A stretch of DNA of 64,000 nucleotides from Fistulifera solaris (lineage: Eukaryota): assembly GCA_030295235.1 (NCBI GenBank), contig AP026147.1, forward strand, positions 558,001 through 622,000, given 5' to 3'. Below, piece by piece: positions 33,565-47,080 of the stretch (position 1 is the first letter of the stretch; the number at the start of each line of letters is the position of its first letter). The position numbers were made by a program, and so were the translations under genes. Under the pieces are notes generated by a model. It made no database searches and was not told the DNA's origin. It worked only from the letters and a program-made list of their open reading frames with translations.

Positions 33565-34443
33565 GTTCGTTGAAGGCGATCAAGAAAAGATGAAAACTAC
33601 GAATGCGTGCACCGGAGCCTGCTTCAAGCTCTAGCGTTATCAGAGAAGGAAACGTTCTGAAGTGTCAGATATGCAAAAGACGATTCGATATCAATCGAAT
33701 GAAGATGTCAACCGTGAGAAAACGACAGAGCATAGGAAAATGCAAAAAACAAGTAAATGCGCAGAAAGACGAGTTTGATCGCCTCCGTCTGCTCCGTGTG
33801 AGCGAACGAGATGTAAAACGGATGAACTGGCTCGGACACTTTGGGGAAAAACGCGTTACTACTTTCTTTAATAGTGTCGAGAGCTACCGCGGTATCGAAT
33901 GTTGGATTTTACTTAACAACCATTTCGCAACCGAGTGTCGAAAGTACTTCGGCTATCGTGAAGTGGTACTGACAATATAAGGTTACTTACAAGATCAAAA
34001 GTGACATAAAAGGCGCGTGACGCGCGACCGCGCGAGACTGAGATGTGTTGCGCGTTGCGCCAAATATATACATTGAACGCAATAAACTCGCACAAATTTA
34101 TTACGGAGTATTGGGATGTTGCAGCAGTCTAAACAAACTTCGACTCCTTCTTTTCATGTAACAGTTTCCAGTCTCCTTTGGCAGCTTTCTTGTGATATTC
34201 GGATTGCAGTTCGCGGTACGCCTGATGCAGGTCGTGTCAACTCTTTGCCGTTGCGGTGAAACGGCAGCAGTATGATTCGTTCGACACAATACGGCTCGGA
34301 AATGAAAGAACGACCCGCTGATAAGGAATATGAAACGACAGCTTTCATGACAGCAATGCATTTAAGGCTTTTACACCCCCGTTCTGGTTTGACATGCATT
34401 TGTTGCGAAAAAATGTGATGAGCTGCCTGCACTTCAAAAAATC

Positions 34444-34698
34444 ACTATAGGCTCAAAGTGTTGGTTTACGCCATCACGGCAAAGGATGGATACGGCAGCA
34501 TAACACGACCACAAATGACATCCCAAAGTGTCTCTTCACATGGAATGGGCGTTGATATGGTCATTAATATTCACCAAACTTCATTCAATGCAGCATCTCG
34601 ATGATTCGCGGAAAAAAGCATCCGGATCGTTGACCGCCATGTTCACTATACACTCAAAGTGTTGGTTCAAGCCATTAACGACTGAAATTCAGTCACGG
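34444..34698 (-). repeat. Two copies of the dispersed element (34444-34496, 34645-34698)
   Basis: Reverse complements read ...GGCGTAAACCAACACTTTGAGCCTATAGT and CCGTGACTGAATTTCAGTCGTTAATGGCTTGAACCAACACTTTGAGTGTATAGT. Confidence 0.72.
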
Positions 34699-34882
34699 AT
34701 CCCGATAGTATGCGAAACGCGCAATAAAAAAGATCGCAAAGTGATGATGCTTTGAAGAACGCGAACGAGATCTCAACAAGCATCAGTTCCCATCTATTTT
34801 CAACCTTGCTTTCGCCCACCGTAACTCTACCAGTCTGATCCACACGGAAGAGGAAGCAGTCATCGATACAAAGCAGTGACAA

Positions 34883-36500
34883 ATGGCGGACTTCTTTGAG
34901 GCCATTCCAGATGAAGAGCTCTCTTCTGAGCAAAAAGATTTTCAAACCGTCTATAAAAGAGTCAAGTGTCAAGTGGTCCATGTACAGGCTGCTGCATGAA
35001 CCGAATAGCCTTGCTGACGTTGACTGGGATAGATTTCAAGATTTCACTATTTGTGTCAGCGAGTCTGCATACTCACGATTTCGGGAACATTTTGTTTACT
35101 TTACACTCCACAATGTCGGCAGATACAAAGAACTCAAGTGTTCTATTTACGGTGAAAATGATGAAGCCGTTGCAGAGACTGTGACATTCTTTTAGTCGTT
35201 AAAACACTCGGGGGAAGACGACCCTTGTCTTGAAATCGACCATTCTATAATTCGAGATGTATACGGTTTTGACGTTGGGTCACTCCAAGGCGAGCAGCTC
35301 ATTCGCATTTTGGAAGCGAATCCTACGCGTCAAATCTGTTTTCGAACTGGATTTTTCGGCGCAGAAAATTCCGCCATCTTGGCAATACGACCCTGCCCGC
35401 TGAATATGAAAATTTCACTTCATCACTTTGCTTTTTCGGATGACGGAACTGCATTTGTAGATGCGTTGGAGAAGCGAACATCTTCTTTCGGTACACTTAT
35501 CCTACAGTTGGACACAGATGGATGGCCTTTTGACCACACCAACATACAACGCATTTTACAGTTGAACGTGTTCGAAAAGCTCGCGTTTTGTTCCCTGAAT
35601 GACGATATGGTGTTCCTCCCTTTTTCTACCCAGGTGAAAACATTGGAGTATTATATCGAAGAAAATCATTTTCCAAAAACTGGTTTTGAATCAGTTGACA
35701 TTGTGGCAAAGGATCTCCGCTTGAAAGTATGCCTCAATGGTGCTGACAATTGGGATGAACTCCTTGTCTCGATCTTAAATCGGGTTGCATCTTTGGGCGA
35801 TATGGAAAGATTTGATTTTTCAGTTCATTACTACGGGGGCGAAATACACCCGGAAGAATTCGATATGCTGGAAAACTATAGTTGTGTCCAAGTTTCCAGA
35901 GTGGCGGAGGCGCTGGTCCGAGTAATCAAGGCGAACCCAAAGATGACATACCTGAGCTTGAGCCGTTCTCATTGGCGATGGGATTGGTCCCCTCATTTGC
36001 AAAAGCATTTTCAAGTCGTTGGAGGACAAGGAAGGATTGTGTGTCTTTGTTGTAGACAAGTATCCATCAGAGGACAGCAATTACTTTATGTTGAAGCAGT
36101 TGCTAGTTCGCAATAGGGAAATCATGGTTCTCGATACTTCTGGTAAAAGGTACACCGACGGATCCGATATTGACAAGCTTTACTTAATCAACTGCTTTTA
36201 TCGTCAATTGGCCATCCTTTCGAAAGGTGAAGCACCGTTGCGACCCTCGTTGTTCGCAACAATGCTGACAGAAAGATATCTCATGATTATCACAATATGG
36301 CACTCTTCCTGGCCGACAACACCGATATGCTGCACGAGTTCATTCAAGCACTAAATCGAGAGGAGCTTGTTGTTTCTCAACTTCAGTCCGGGGGAAAAGA
36401 CGACTGGTTTGGATCTACCATGACTGACAGTTCGAAACGTAAACCAAATGTAGAGCTGTCGCGCGCAAACAAAGCAACGAGGAGCGATACTTGCAACTGA
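34883..36500 (+). pseudogene. Disrupted member of a lineage-expanded, LRR/RNI-like hypothetical protein family
   Basis: Collinear fragments MADFFEAIP, IYGENDEAVAETVTFF*SLKH, LEANPTRQI, and so on. In-frame TAG at 35193-35195 where the family motif has W, plus at least 3 frameshifts. Confidence 0.6.
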
Positions 36501-36865
36501 CGCGACTATAACCTATGTAACATCTGGCCAACTACGTCTTCTTTTGAGCTATCGTGAGTCGGCCTATGATTTGGAAGCTATAGCAGAACTACTCCGGCAA
36601 TGAGGCGCGCCGTCGGCCTGTTACGTGGTCTTATGCTCGAGAACGACACAAACCCTACAGCTCGCTTTATCGCCTTTTCAAAGAGTGATTTCAGCATGAA
36701 CGATGAAACTGTTCTCCGAATGTTGAGCGACGCACTATGGAATGAAGGCCATGCAATTGTCGCGGTTTGTTGATCCGTGCCCCACGATCATTCCTAATCA
36801 TAATCATCGACAAAAAACGACTTGTACACTTCATTGACTTCTTAAAGTAGCCATTGCTATACAAG

Positions 36866-38452
36866 CTACATAATTGCCTGTCCGTTCATGATTGCTATAG
36901 CTATGCGCTCTCGACAAAGTGTGATATGAGTTTGATCGAACAACAACGGGCAATCTTTGGAGATAAAATCAGCGAACATGCACGTGAACACTCCGCAATC
37001 GAAACCTAGTAAAATAAAAAATGAGCAGTGAGCTGAATACCACAAAATTCCATGCGCGCTGGAACGACGTACCATTTCGCTGTCGCGGAGTATCCGATGT
37101 GCACTCAATGAATTCCCATTCGTCTTCGTCAGGGAGCGGGCACTTCTTCTTGTCTTGGTGTTCGTCCTTCAAGTACTGAAATAATGCATCTAAATAACGA
37201 CGTCCGTCGCCACCCATCGAGTCGTAGAACTGTATACGTTTCGCTTGCATAAAAATAACTGCGCAAACCCAGTGCATGTTGTTTTGGTTGATTGGAAATA
37301 TAATCTTGTCCAAATTAAATACATCTTTCCCTAGTTTCAAAAGTATGCATGTGAGCCCGTTTGGAGTTTGAAGCAAGACAGTGTAGACGAAACATTCACT
37401 TAGCGACACTTACCAGGGACTTTCTTGGACCACCGTTTGACATTACGGTATTCATAAGTGCCGTTCTTCGCGGGGTTAGCATGGCCCTCATTCAACAACG
37501 AGGTAATGAAAAACGACTTGAAAAAATGACTTCGCTTTCGCTGAGGATTCTGCTTGCACATTTCTTCGTCTCGACGCGCTAACATGACGTAGAAGAAGTG
37601 AATAACCTCGTCAGTAAGCCAGCCACCAGGGCGCAAGGTGTGCATCGATGCCCTTGTAACCGAATCCGCATCGAATGTAGCCAAAATTTCATGATCAGGT
37701 CCACTTCCATGTATAGCTTCCGCTACAATTTCTTTCTCATCTTCTGTCAAGGGACGCATGAGCTCTGCCATTCGCTCCTTCGCTTCATTTTCGAGGCGAA
37801 TTCTTTCAAGTTCTTCGATAGCTTTGCTCTTCTTGCGCTCTTCCGATTTTTCGTATTCTTTCCTTAACCGCCGACTCATATGCTGATCCGCTTTATCAAG
37901 ATCGTCAACAATGTCCCCGATAATCTTGGGGGACAAGGCCGCATTCGACACTTCCATCCACATCTTTTGCGACGATCGTAGACCAATGCTGGTGTCTCGA
38001 ATCTTCAACGCATTCAAACTCTGAGAGAACCGATCGATAGCATCGTCTTTTGCAATTCCGCTCGTATTATCCAATTGCATCTCCGGAGGAAAATCGAACA
38101 CAGCTGATAGTACTTCTTGCGCTTCGTCCCAGGTATTTAACGTTTGCGCGTGTCCACCCGGCCTGGACTCAATTCGACGAATAGCTTCCACATAATCGTA
38201 GCGTCTTTTAATTTCAGAATCATTTGTTCCTCCTCCGGTGAATCGATTCAAAGTAGCCTGAAAGATACTCTGAAAGAAGTTCAACTCTGCTTTTTTGCCG
38301 CGCGCATACGAGTTCATAATCTCTTGACTCCCCATGAGCGCGTTTGCCATAGAAAAGACCGTGCAAGGATGGCGTTTATTTTCTAGCAAATGCAAGACTT
38401 CAAGTTTGATCAGTGCGGCGGTAGGATCATTTAATTGCAACGGGTCCGTCAT
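36866..38452 (-). CDS. Ulp1/SENP-family SUMO protease (peptidase C48)
   Basis: WLTDEVIHFF, HWVCAVI, FYDSMG, PRQRNG|FDCGVFTC. GT-AG introns 37331-37413 and 37006-37072 splice in frame. Confidence 0.92.
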
Positions 38453-38685
38453 TCTTGTGGAGGTAGACGTTGCGTTGTGATTCGTGCGGCCGCCGGGCGT
38501 ATTTTGCCGTAAAGGATGCTCTGCGGAGAATGGAAATGGATTTGCGCTTTTCTTCGCGACGTCTCTTTCGTTCTAGAATCGTCATAAGATATACGTAGAT
38601 TATTTAATGTTTAAAAGGAACAGCCCTCAAACGATGTTGATAATAAAGCAAATGGAGATGAATGACAACAGTGACAAACTTCGTT

Positions 38686-38736
38686 TTCTAGCCAAAGTGT
38701 TGTCCGTATTTCATCAAGACTGCATTCCAGTCATGA
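38686..38736 (-). repeat. Copy of dispersed element upstream of Ulp1
   Basis: Reverse complement reads TCATGACTGGAATGCAGTCTTGATGAAATACGGACAACACTTTGG. Confidence 0.6.
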
Positions 38737-39040
38737 ATCATTGTCGGCCTGTCCTCCGTTCTCGAACTGCGGTACTGATCTAAGGTTCGTGAATGAACGC
38801 AGACACTATGTCAAGCCAGAAAAAACATTGCGCGACACCATCCTCACACTGTTTTTCATCTCAGTAAATCAAATGCACCCGAGACTATTGATGAAGCCAG
38901 CAGAGCGTTTTCTTTGCGAATAATTTCAGTTTTAAAAAGATGATAATAACATGTAACGTTTTACAGTCAATGCGATGATCGTTTAATGTAAAATCAACTA
39001 ACTTCTTACGTAGAATTTTAGGCGCATTAGAACTATGCAA

Positions 39041-40192
39041 TCATGTATAAGTCGCGCGAGGGTTCATTTCGTGATCGTAGGCACGTAGAGAATGTTCGGC
39101 TTGCGAGGAGTCTTCAAAGACGTAATTTAAGTCGCTTCCTGTGGGAACAATATCTGCATAGCCCCTGTGGTAATCATCCTGAAGATAGATGCCATCCATA
39201 GTACTGCGAGAAGTGTCATCCGGAAATGTTCTCGGTGTGAAGTAGTTGAAAAGACCGTTTCCACTGACTTTGTTGTCGAGTATCTTTACATTTCGGTGAC
39301 GCTTAAGATCGTTGTTTACCCACATAATCAAACAGATTACTCCGAGAACCATGGTAAAGAAGCCATTGCAAAGCTTGCTTTGGCCACCGGCGTCATGTTA
39401 TAGCCAGTAGATTCATCTTCCACCAATCCATCTCCGCCGTATTCAGGGATAGTTTTGTTGGTGCTCGTGCTCATTTTGGAAGAGGGTAATACACGTACGA
39501 CCCCAAGATCCGAGACAGTTGATTGCGTCTCTTCGACAGTCTCCAGAGCTAAATCCATTAGTGCCGGAACGGTATCATCGGAAACAAGATTTTGGCCAAA
39601 TACCTGGACTTTTCCTTTGAAATAGCCGCAATAATTCTTTGGGTCTAGGAACGGGTCACATTGATCTAAAAAAAGATGGCGATTTAGACGCTCTTGTGAA
39701 ATCCGGTAAAATTTCAGTTATTCCACAGAGTCTCAAGTCACTTACCATTCAAATCCATTTGCGGTTCATTAAACTTAAATCCAGTGATACGACTCGAGTT
39801 TTCTTCAGCTGTCTTCTGAAGTTTTCTATCTGGAACCGAGCAGATGGATGGAAAAGATTCCGATAGAATCGAATCAATGACTCGATCGTAAATCACAACC
39901 AATGCCTTTCTCAGATCCGCTGATTCGACACTTTCTATTTGAAATACGTAATCAAATTGAACAGGCGAACCGTGCTTGGAGCTGGTTCCTCCGAAGAATC
40001 CGTCTTTTCAGGACGGCATGAGGATGCTACAAGGGCTGTTTCCGACTGGATAGAATAGCGTTCTTCGGCTTCCCTTTTAAACGATGGTGCGTGATGCCGC
40101 GCATCTACGAGTGGGTCCGCTGCGTTCGTTACAACGGCGGACGACAGCCAACACACTGCAATTGCCGCGGACGGCCATTTTATAGCTGTCAT
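39041..40192 (-). CDS. Hypothetical type I membrane protein, multi-exon/frameshifted
   Basis: Signal peptide MTAIKWPSAAIAVCWLSSAVVTNA. Collinear minus-strand fragments 39935-40192, 39337-39558 and 39041-39352 with one TM segment. Exact structure uncertain. Confidence 0.55.
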
Positions 40193-40868
40193 GGTGGTTG
40201 CTTACTTTTAGAACTAGCAGAGTAATAAGCCGCAGGGTGGTCGGATTGATAGAATTTCATGACAGACTTCCACCCACTTTTTGCACCAAATTCGTGCAGT
40301 TTTTCTCTCGTATTTCGTCCATCGACTGGCGTGAACGGCTACTCTCTGAGATAGTGCAGCACTATGCATGCGCGCATTTGGCATAAATAATTCGGATTGC
40401 TAAGAGAAATAAGTCGAATACCATCTAAGTATATTTCAATTAACGTCGTTGATACTTCCGTTGAAAGCGGAACACCCGCAAGAGCGTCTTTCGCTTGTTA
40501 TCCTTATCCCTTATCAAAACTAGCAAGGGTTGGAAGAGTTTGCGTTTGCGAGAGAATTTTTGGCGCACTTGCACGCCAGCCAGCGTAACGGAAAAACTCG
40601 GATAACCCTAAATCTTGAAAACCTTTTTCGGGACACTGGGTGTGTCACTATCGCTTGTATTGTAAAAACATCTCGTCCTCTATCAAAGAAAAGACTATGA
40701 CGCTTACTATCTCTCATTTTGTAGTCGTTTTCGAAATGTCGGCTTTCAATTTCCCATCGCGGGTTTGCGGTATTCGCCATGACTTTCCCTTCACAATTCC
40801 ATTGAAGTGGCGAAGCCTACCATTCAAATCGATCTCAACAAGAATCCTTGTAATTCATTCTTCATACA

Positions 40869-41467
40869 ATGATGGCAACCTTCGCAAAACGTAACACTTT
40901 CGCTCTATTGATGCTTCTGGCGAGTGTCGACTTGTCAGCAAATGGCGTGGGATTCTGGTGCGACACCGACAAGTACGATTGCGATCGACACAGCTCGGGG
41001 ATTGAGGAGAAGAACGCTGTATCGGTTCCGGCTCCAAGTCCAGCTTTAGGGCCGACTTCAGGTGCAGCGCCGGGCACGGATCCAGGTAAGTCAACGTCAG
41101 ACTTCATGCCGAAATTCTGATGTTATCGTCATCTCATGTCGTAGAAGCTCCTTCTCCCTTTATTGAAGATGGTGAAGACACAATTGATTCCCCAGAAGTC
41201 ATTGACTCAGACGGAGAAGACTGGGATCCGATTGATCCACCGGAAATTGTCGATGAACCTGGGAAAGACGGAGCACCCACTCCAGCTCCAGGCTCTGAGG
41301 ATGATCGCCGATTTCCAGTCCTTCCCTTTGTGGCGATTGCAGCTGGAGGGGGCTTTTTGATATCTTTATTCTTCTATTTGCGCCGTCGACAGGGTCCGAG
41401 CGAAGAGTCGGCAGCAGGAGTGGATGAATCTGCGATGGAGACGAATCAACCAGATGTGACACCATAA
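40869..41467 (+). CDS. Small type I membrane protein with Pro/Asp-rich stalk
   Basis: Signal peptide, GT-AG intron ~41086-41144, TM VLPFVAIAAGGGFLISLFFYL followed by RRR. Confidence 0.65.
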
Positions 41468-41756
41468 CTTTCTGCGAGAGACGGCCCATCGAACCTTTTG
41501 CATCGTAAAAATATCAGTCCTCAATACGCTCGGATGCACGAGGAAAGTTACTGCGCTTCCTCCGGCGCCAATGTTCATAAAAATTATGGCAGATCATTTC
41601 AGCGCGTTTCACAGAATGTCTTAATGGTTACTTGGAATAACTATTATTTGATATAAGCGCAGCTCCCTCTTATCGGTTGCTTTATTAGAAATGCTTTGCT
41701 ATTTGCTAACACTAGATGTAAGGCTAGTTAGCGGACTACTTTATCATATTAATGAG

Positions 41757-43411
41757 TTATTCTTCCATGGCGTCATCGGCTAAATTTTCAAATTCGTTCA
41801 CCAATTGCCTGGAAGTAAGAGCGTTCCTGCATTGAGCAGGGAGCATTTCCAACAAAAGATAAGAAAGTTGCGCCTCGATTCGTGCAGCACGTCGTGCTTC
41901 CGAATTAGGAGGAGCTCCCCGAGCCAACGCTTGCCATACCTCAGGAACAGCAAGGTTGTCACTCGTGACGGCCGCTTCGATCATCTGTCGAAGCTCGTTA
42001 TCTTCTACAGCGTTACTTCGGAGTCCGCGACGAGCAGCCAGTAGATACCGAGCTTTCGTTCGACTGCTGGTGTATTCCAGTTCTCGTCGTTTAATGCGTC
42101 GCAATAGCTCACGCAAGCGATACCCGAGCAAAGATGGCACGGTGCACTCCATATCAAATTGCCAAGGTAGCATTTCCTCTCCGTCCCCCGTCTTCTTTGG
42201 CATAATATAAGTGATCTTGAGAGGATAAGGTTTGGTGACTTTGACAATGACTTGTTTTTGCAACAAGGTCGTTTGCAGCTGTGAAAAGAAAAGCGTTCCA
42301 AACCCAACACTTCTTGCAGTACACTGTCCGCAACAACTACGGACTTGTTGTCCGGATCCATCAAGTTCTTGTCGTTGATGTAAACATAAAATGCCATAAT
42401 GATTTGTGACATGGTCAACGTCGGTGGAGGGAAATGAAGCTCATTGTCGAGGGGCGGCAACGGATTGCCATCGGCCGTGCGATCCTCTCCTTTGCGTTTC
42501 TGCTGTTTGGGTGTAACCGGAACACTATCCGTACCACTCGCCGCGCCATCTTTATCCATTGCCTCCTCATCGACGTCTTCTTCCGGAGTACCATGATGGG
42601 GAAACATATGTTTCACCAAAAGCGGATGTCGGATGGTGTACCGATCGTTCATGTTGTTTCCTTCCGTGGAAACGATATCTGCATGCATCGAAGGATGCAT
42701 TTGAATCTGCGCCACGACCGAATGAATCTCCAAATCTGTATCAGGAGGAGTAGGTGGACGGTACTTGACACACCACGCATGGGAATCATCCGACATGTCT
42801 CGCGTCCAGCGCATTTCTTGTTTCTCGGAAAGATAACAAGTTCTCAGATCGACTTGCGATGGATCCATCGATTTGGGTGTCGTATCTCCTCCCGTCGAGC
42901 GTCTGGATGATTTCTTCTTCTTCGGTTGTTGTACAGCAGCCGCGACTGGATTCTTGGGACGAAAAACGGTTTGCAATTCAACCACTAGCGATTCCATGAA
43001 ATGAGTGAACAGGTAGGCTGGTATAGGCTGATCTTCTTCTTTTTCTCCTCCTTTCGATCGATCGAGATCATCTTTCGGAATTCCTCCGTACCCCGTCTCT
43101 TGGTCGAATTGAGAGGCACTCTTGTGATCTAAATGCCCAATCAACAAAACTCCCTCCAACTGCAATTTAAAATGCTCCGGAATGCCTTGCAAGTAATCCG
43201 CTTTCGCATACTGATGCGAAATCCACAATCGCAAATGAGATTGTCGAGTAGGACCCGTTTTCTCTAACAGATTGGAAATACGGCGTCGTGTTTGGACGGC
43301 TCTGGCTTCAATCCGACTTTCCAATTCATCCATTCGTTTCATTTGTGCGGTAAAGGCGGTCCAGAGTTCCGAAATCGGGGAACTTTCCTTCATCACGATT
43401 GCGTCGGTCAT
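41757..43411 (-). CDS. SWIB/MDM2-domain protein, BAF60/SMARCD (Snf12)-like
   Basis: TMSQIIMAFYVYINDKNLMDPDNKSVVVADSVLQEVLG (SWIB). N-terminal HLRLWISH...KLQLEG and FTHFMESLVVEL motifs. One-base indel at 42284-42287 joins the two ORFs. Confidence 0.8.
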
Positions 43412-43829
43412 CGTCTTTTCCAGCTCTTGAGTCTTTCTTGTAAGAGTATTTCTATGAAAGTTATCGGATACCGGAGACACTTTATACCAGTAACAATGTT
43501 GCTAATAATCAATACAAACGAGAAAATCAACGTAACAATGTTATTAGTGCTGCATCAGCTGCAACCTGCAACGGTGGCTGATTACCGCGTATTTCCCGTA
43601 TGACAAAAGCAAGGTTATAGACAAAAGTGACAAGTGACAACACACATTCTCAGCCACAGTGCGTAGCTGGTTTTTACATCACTATCTACAAACCGTGGAA
43701 AATGTCACAAGACAATATGTAAAATCCGTCAGTTTTTTAGCCGCACATGAAACCACAAAATAAAACACCACACCTCCGCTTTCATAAGCTTTCAACATAT
43801 TTTAATGAACAAGCGAATGCATATTAAGA

Positions 43830-45031
43830 ATGATTTATGCAACTGATTTTCTCTTCATCCATTTCTGTATGCTTTGCGGTTATGGTGTTCCTGGATTTCT
43901 TCTGCCGACTGTGTTTCAGAGATCCTCAAGAATATCTTACTCCTTATACGATGACCAAGAAACTGCCATTACCCAACGCGGAGCATACGAAGAAAGTATC
44001 ATGAAACCATCCATACCATTGCAACCCAATAAACCTAGAGGATCCGGTTCCTCGGGAGGATTCGGTGCTGGTAAAGGATCCAAAATGTCAGCCCTCAAAG
44101 AACAAGCCAAAGCACACGCCCAAATCTTACGTCAAGACGGTGTGGTTCGTATCGATGACGTCTTGTCCCAGCCATTGGTCGATGAGCTTCGAAAATTTGT
44201 CTATACGCTGCGTGATACAGCGGAAACGGAAGTAGCAGAACAGAAGGTAGAACGAAGGCATCGTTTTGCCGACGTTCTCTTGCGAAAGAATCGTTGTGAT
44301 TTGACCATGCCTTTGACCGAATTGACGTATCGAGCCTTGCACGCTTTATTGTGCGAAAGTCCCGTGGGCCCTACTCTTCAAAACTTACTGGGGGAGGATG
44401 CGGTGCTCTACGAATTTTCGTGCTTAATCTCCGAACCGGGAAGTGATCGACAAGTCATTCATCCCGATACACCCATCTTTGGAGACGACAATGAAATTCC
44501 GGTCTTGTATACTTGTTTTGTATCCTTACAAGATATGACTCTCGACATGGGACCCACGTGGTAAGTGATACTATCACTGCACTATAAACCTCTCTGGTGT
44601 GACTGTCTCGCGTCTCGAATTTAATCTCATCTTTCATCTTTATTATTTGCAGTTGGATGCCTGGTACGCATACCAAAGAAGTACACGAATCCTTTCAGAT
44701 CGAAATTCCGACCGATGGTGATACAGTAAGTCCAAAGGATCAATTGCTACAGACCAAAGAGTCCGTTTTGGGAGTGTTGCCCAAGGGTTGTTGCGGGATT
44801 TTCGATTCGCGACTCCTTCATGCCGGAACAGCCAATCGCAGTGACCAATCGCGGGCCATCTTTTACGTCTCCTTCAAAAACCCAAAGCTAGGATATCCGG
44901 GAAATCCAGCGAGTATTCGCCCTGATTTGAGTGGGAAGCTGAATTTGCGACAATTGCAGAAAGAGCTCAAGTCGATCCATCAAGGCAAAGGGAGCATCGC
45001 ATTAGAAGCACTGGCATCGAAGCAAATATAA
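43830..45031 (+). CDS. Phytanoyl-CoA dioxygenase (PhyH)-family 2OG-Fe(II) oxygenase
   Basis: QVIHPDTP (HxD), GPT.WMPGTH, FDSRLLHAGTANRS. Intron 44561-44652 splices in frame. Confidence 0.88.
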
Positions 45032-45197
45032 TACGTAGTAAACAATATGCTATAGAACAATTTAAACATTTCTATTGTATTTGTATGATTTAAAATTAGT
45101 AGCGTGGGGTCGGATGTGTGGAAACGATCGGCCCAGTCGAAAAAAATACATTTTTTTGTCTTCGGTGACAACCCAAAGTCGATAGGAAATTAGGCGA

Positions 45198-46543
45198 TCA
45201 AACAGGCTGCAGGCTGATCAATCCAACCAAGCGTTGGTCCGTGACCATGAGCTGTCGAAGTCTAGCGTAGTCCCCCAGAATAAGTGCGCCGATGATAGTT
45301 GCCCAGGACATTACCATCAATGACAGCAGAATAATCAAGGCCACATTTTGAGACACATTCAGCTTCTTGCTAACGGCATCGGTAGTTTGCTGGGCATACG
45401 GAGCCAGAGCAATAGCCCCGAATACCTTGGGGATTTTTATAAACTGAGCGGCAACGTACAGGGACGCAAACACACGGGCAAACTTGCGCACCAAGATCAT
45501 GGTGAGTGACGAGGAGGTGACCAGCGGATCCACGGGGGCTATTCGCTGCCACTGCCATGCCATGCCGATTGTGTAAAATAAAAGATTAAACAAGCAGTAG
45601 GACAGAACGCCCGCGCGACCTTTCCGTTTCAGCATTGAGTATTGACGTTTGACGAACCGACGAAATCTTCGAAATGAAAACGATTCGAGCGGCATGCTGT
45701 TCGGAAAAAACAGTAACTCATCTTTTCGTTGAATGGGTCTTATTGAATGATCCTTCAGCTGTTGTTCGATCTTGGCGAGGACTTCATCTCGAGGGCGTGT
45801 GGGCCGTATTTCGGGGCAACAACTCGTTGCGCTTCGGCAACTGCAATGGCCGCTTCCAGTTGACGCCTCCTTTCACGTCGACGCAGATTCCAAGCATTCT
45901 TCCACCAAGCCTTTTGTTGCCTCTTTGGTCGCAGCTCTCGCTTCAGCTGTAAGGAGAGGCCGCGAGGAAAACAAATCGCGCTCCAGCCTAGCCTTTCAAA
46001 GACATCAACATATTCCTTTGTTTGTGCAACCGTAATCGGTCTTAATAAGACTAGTGCAATGTCTTTCGGTAGCCTATGTAAAGCCGCCAGCGAAAATACT
46101 TCCACCATGGCTTGTAAGCTTTCGTCATTTTCTGCGTCTTCCAAGTCTATTGTCAAATTGCCGATACACAAAGGGACGCCTTTGACGTCGTATTCTTCAT
46201 CAATCGTCAAGCGAAGATCATCCGCGGTGTACAGAGGAAGATAACTCTCCTTCTTTTGATAGACATATGTTTCTACAACGGAATGAAATAGTTTCCTTGT
46301 CCGAAAAGGTAAATTGCGTCCGCGTTGGGGCAGAAAGTCGAGCAAAGAGAAATGTTTCGTTTCTTCAGCAATATTCAAAAAGTCGGAACTCTCCATGGCC
46401 ATGAAAGGAAGAAAGGTAGAAGTTCGACTTCCACCTAGCGCATGCGAAGTCAGACGTGGACCTCGTTGAGACACCAAGGCAATGGCGAGTGTTGCAAAAC
46501 AATGAAGCCAACCAACGGCTTTGAGCATCTTGAAGAATCGCAT
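45198..46543 (-). CDS. Hypothetical protein: signal peptide, HopJ-like domain and C-terminal membrane domain
   Basis: ORF 45755-46543 (EVFSLAALHRLP...VFERLGWSAICFPRGL resembles the HopJ pattern) followed by TM-rich ORF 45198-45695. The junction is probably an intron and/or indel. Confidence 0.55.
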
Positions 46544-47080
46544 GGGAATGGATGTCGTGCTTCAGCTTTTTCACGGCAAGGATTAGTAGAATGGAATCAA
46601 AAGCTCCGTGAAGAAAGCGTATGACACGTCGGAAAGACCTTCTATTTTGAATCACTTCTCGATGTGTCGATGCGAATAGAGCGAGACGTGAAGAAATGAA
46701 ACGATGTTATTGTTTGTTGCTGACTTTGCTAGGTGTGACTTGTGACTTTTGTCGGATGCTGATGCTGATGCTGATGCTTTCTTCTTTCCTACATTCTTCG
46801 CCACACTTCTAATTTGACACTCTTGTAAAAAGAAGGTGACACATGACGTCATAGAAACGGGTCGCCAATCACATTCATTTTTCTCGCTCACCTCATTCGC
46901 GCAGCTTGCGCGTGGCTTTCACGGCTCAAGCACAGACCGTGTCAAGGTGCACGAAAATCAGAAAGCGCAACAACTTCAACTGCTTCCATTTTCGAAAAGA
47001 GGATGATTTAGTTTTTTAAAGAGCAAGGACATGTTCTACCGCAGATCTTGCTCGTCACAAAACATCTCTTCTTTAGCTAC

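Noticed and set aside
33603..34432. Short ORFs in the 33.6-34.4 kb intergenic region
   Set aside because: Low-complexity, mutually overlapping and without motifs. Likely chance ORFs in promoter DNA.
35193..35195. Stop-codon reassignment or readthrough (TAG for Trp)
   Set aside because: Single instance in an otherwise disrupted gene, and TAG terminates other genes in the window normally.
36600..36773. 57-aa ATG ORF (MRRAVGLLRG...) downstream of the pseudogene
   Set aside because: Coding-like but too short, with no recognisable motif. Cannot be supported without homology or RNA data.
46755..46778. (GATGCT)4 and similar short microsatellites (e.g. TGAAA repeats near 54046)
   Set aside because: Ordinary slippage repeats with no further structure.
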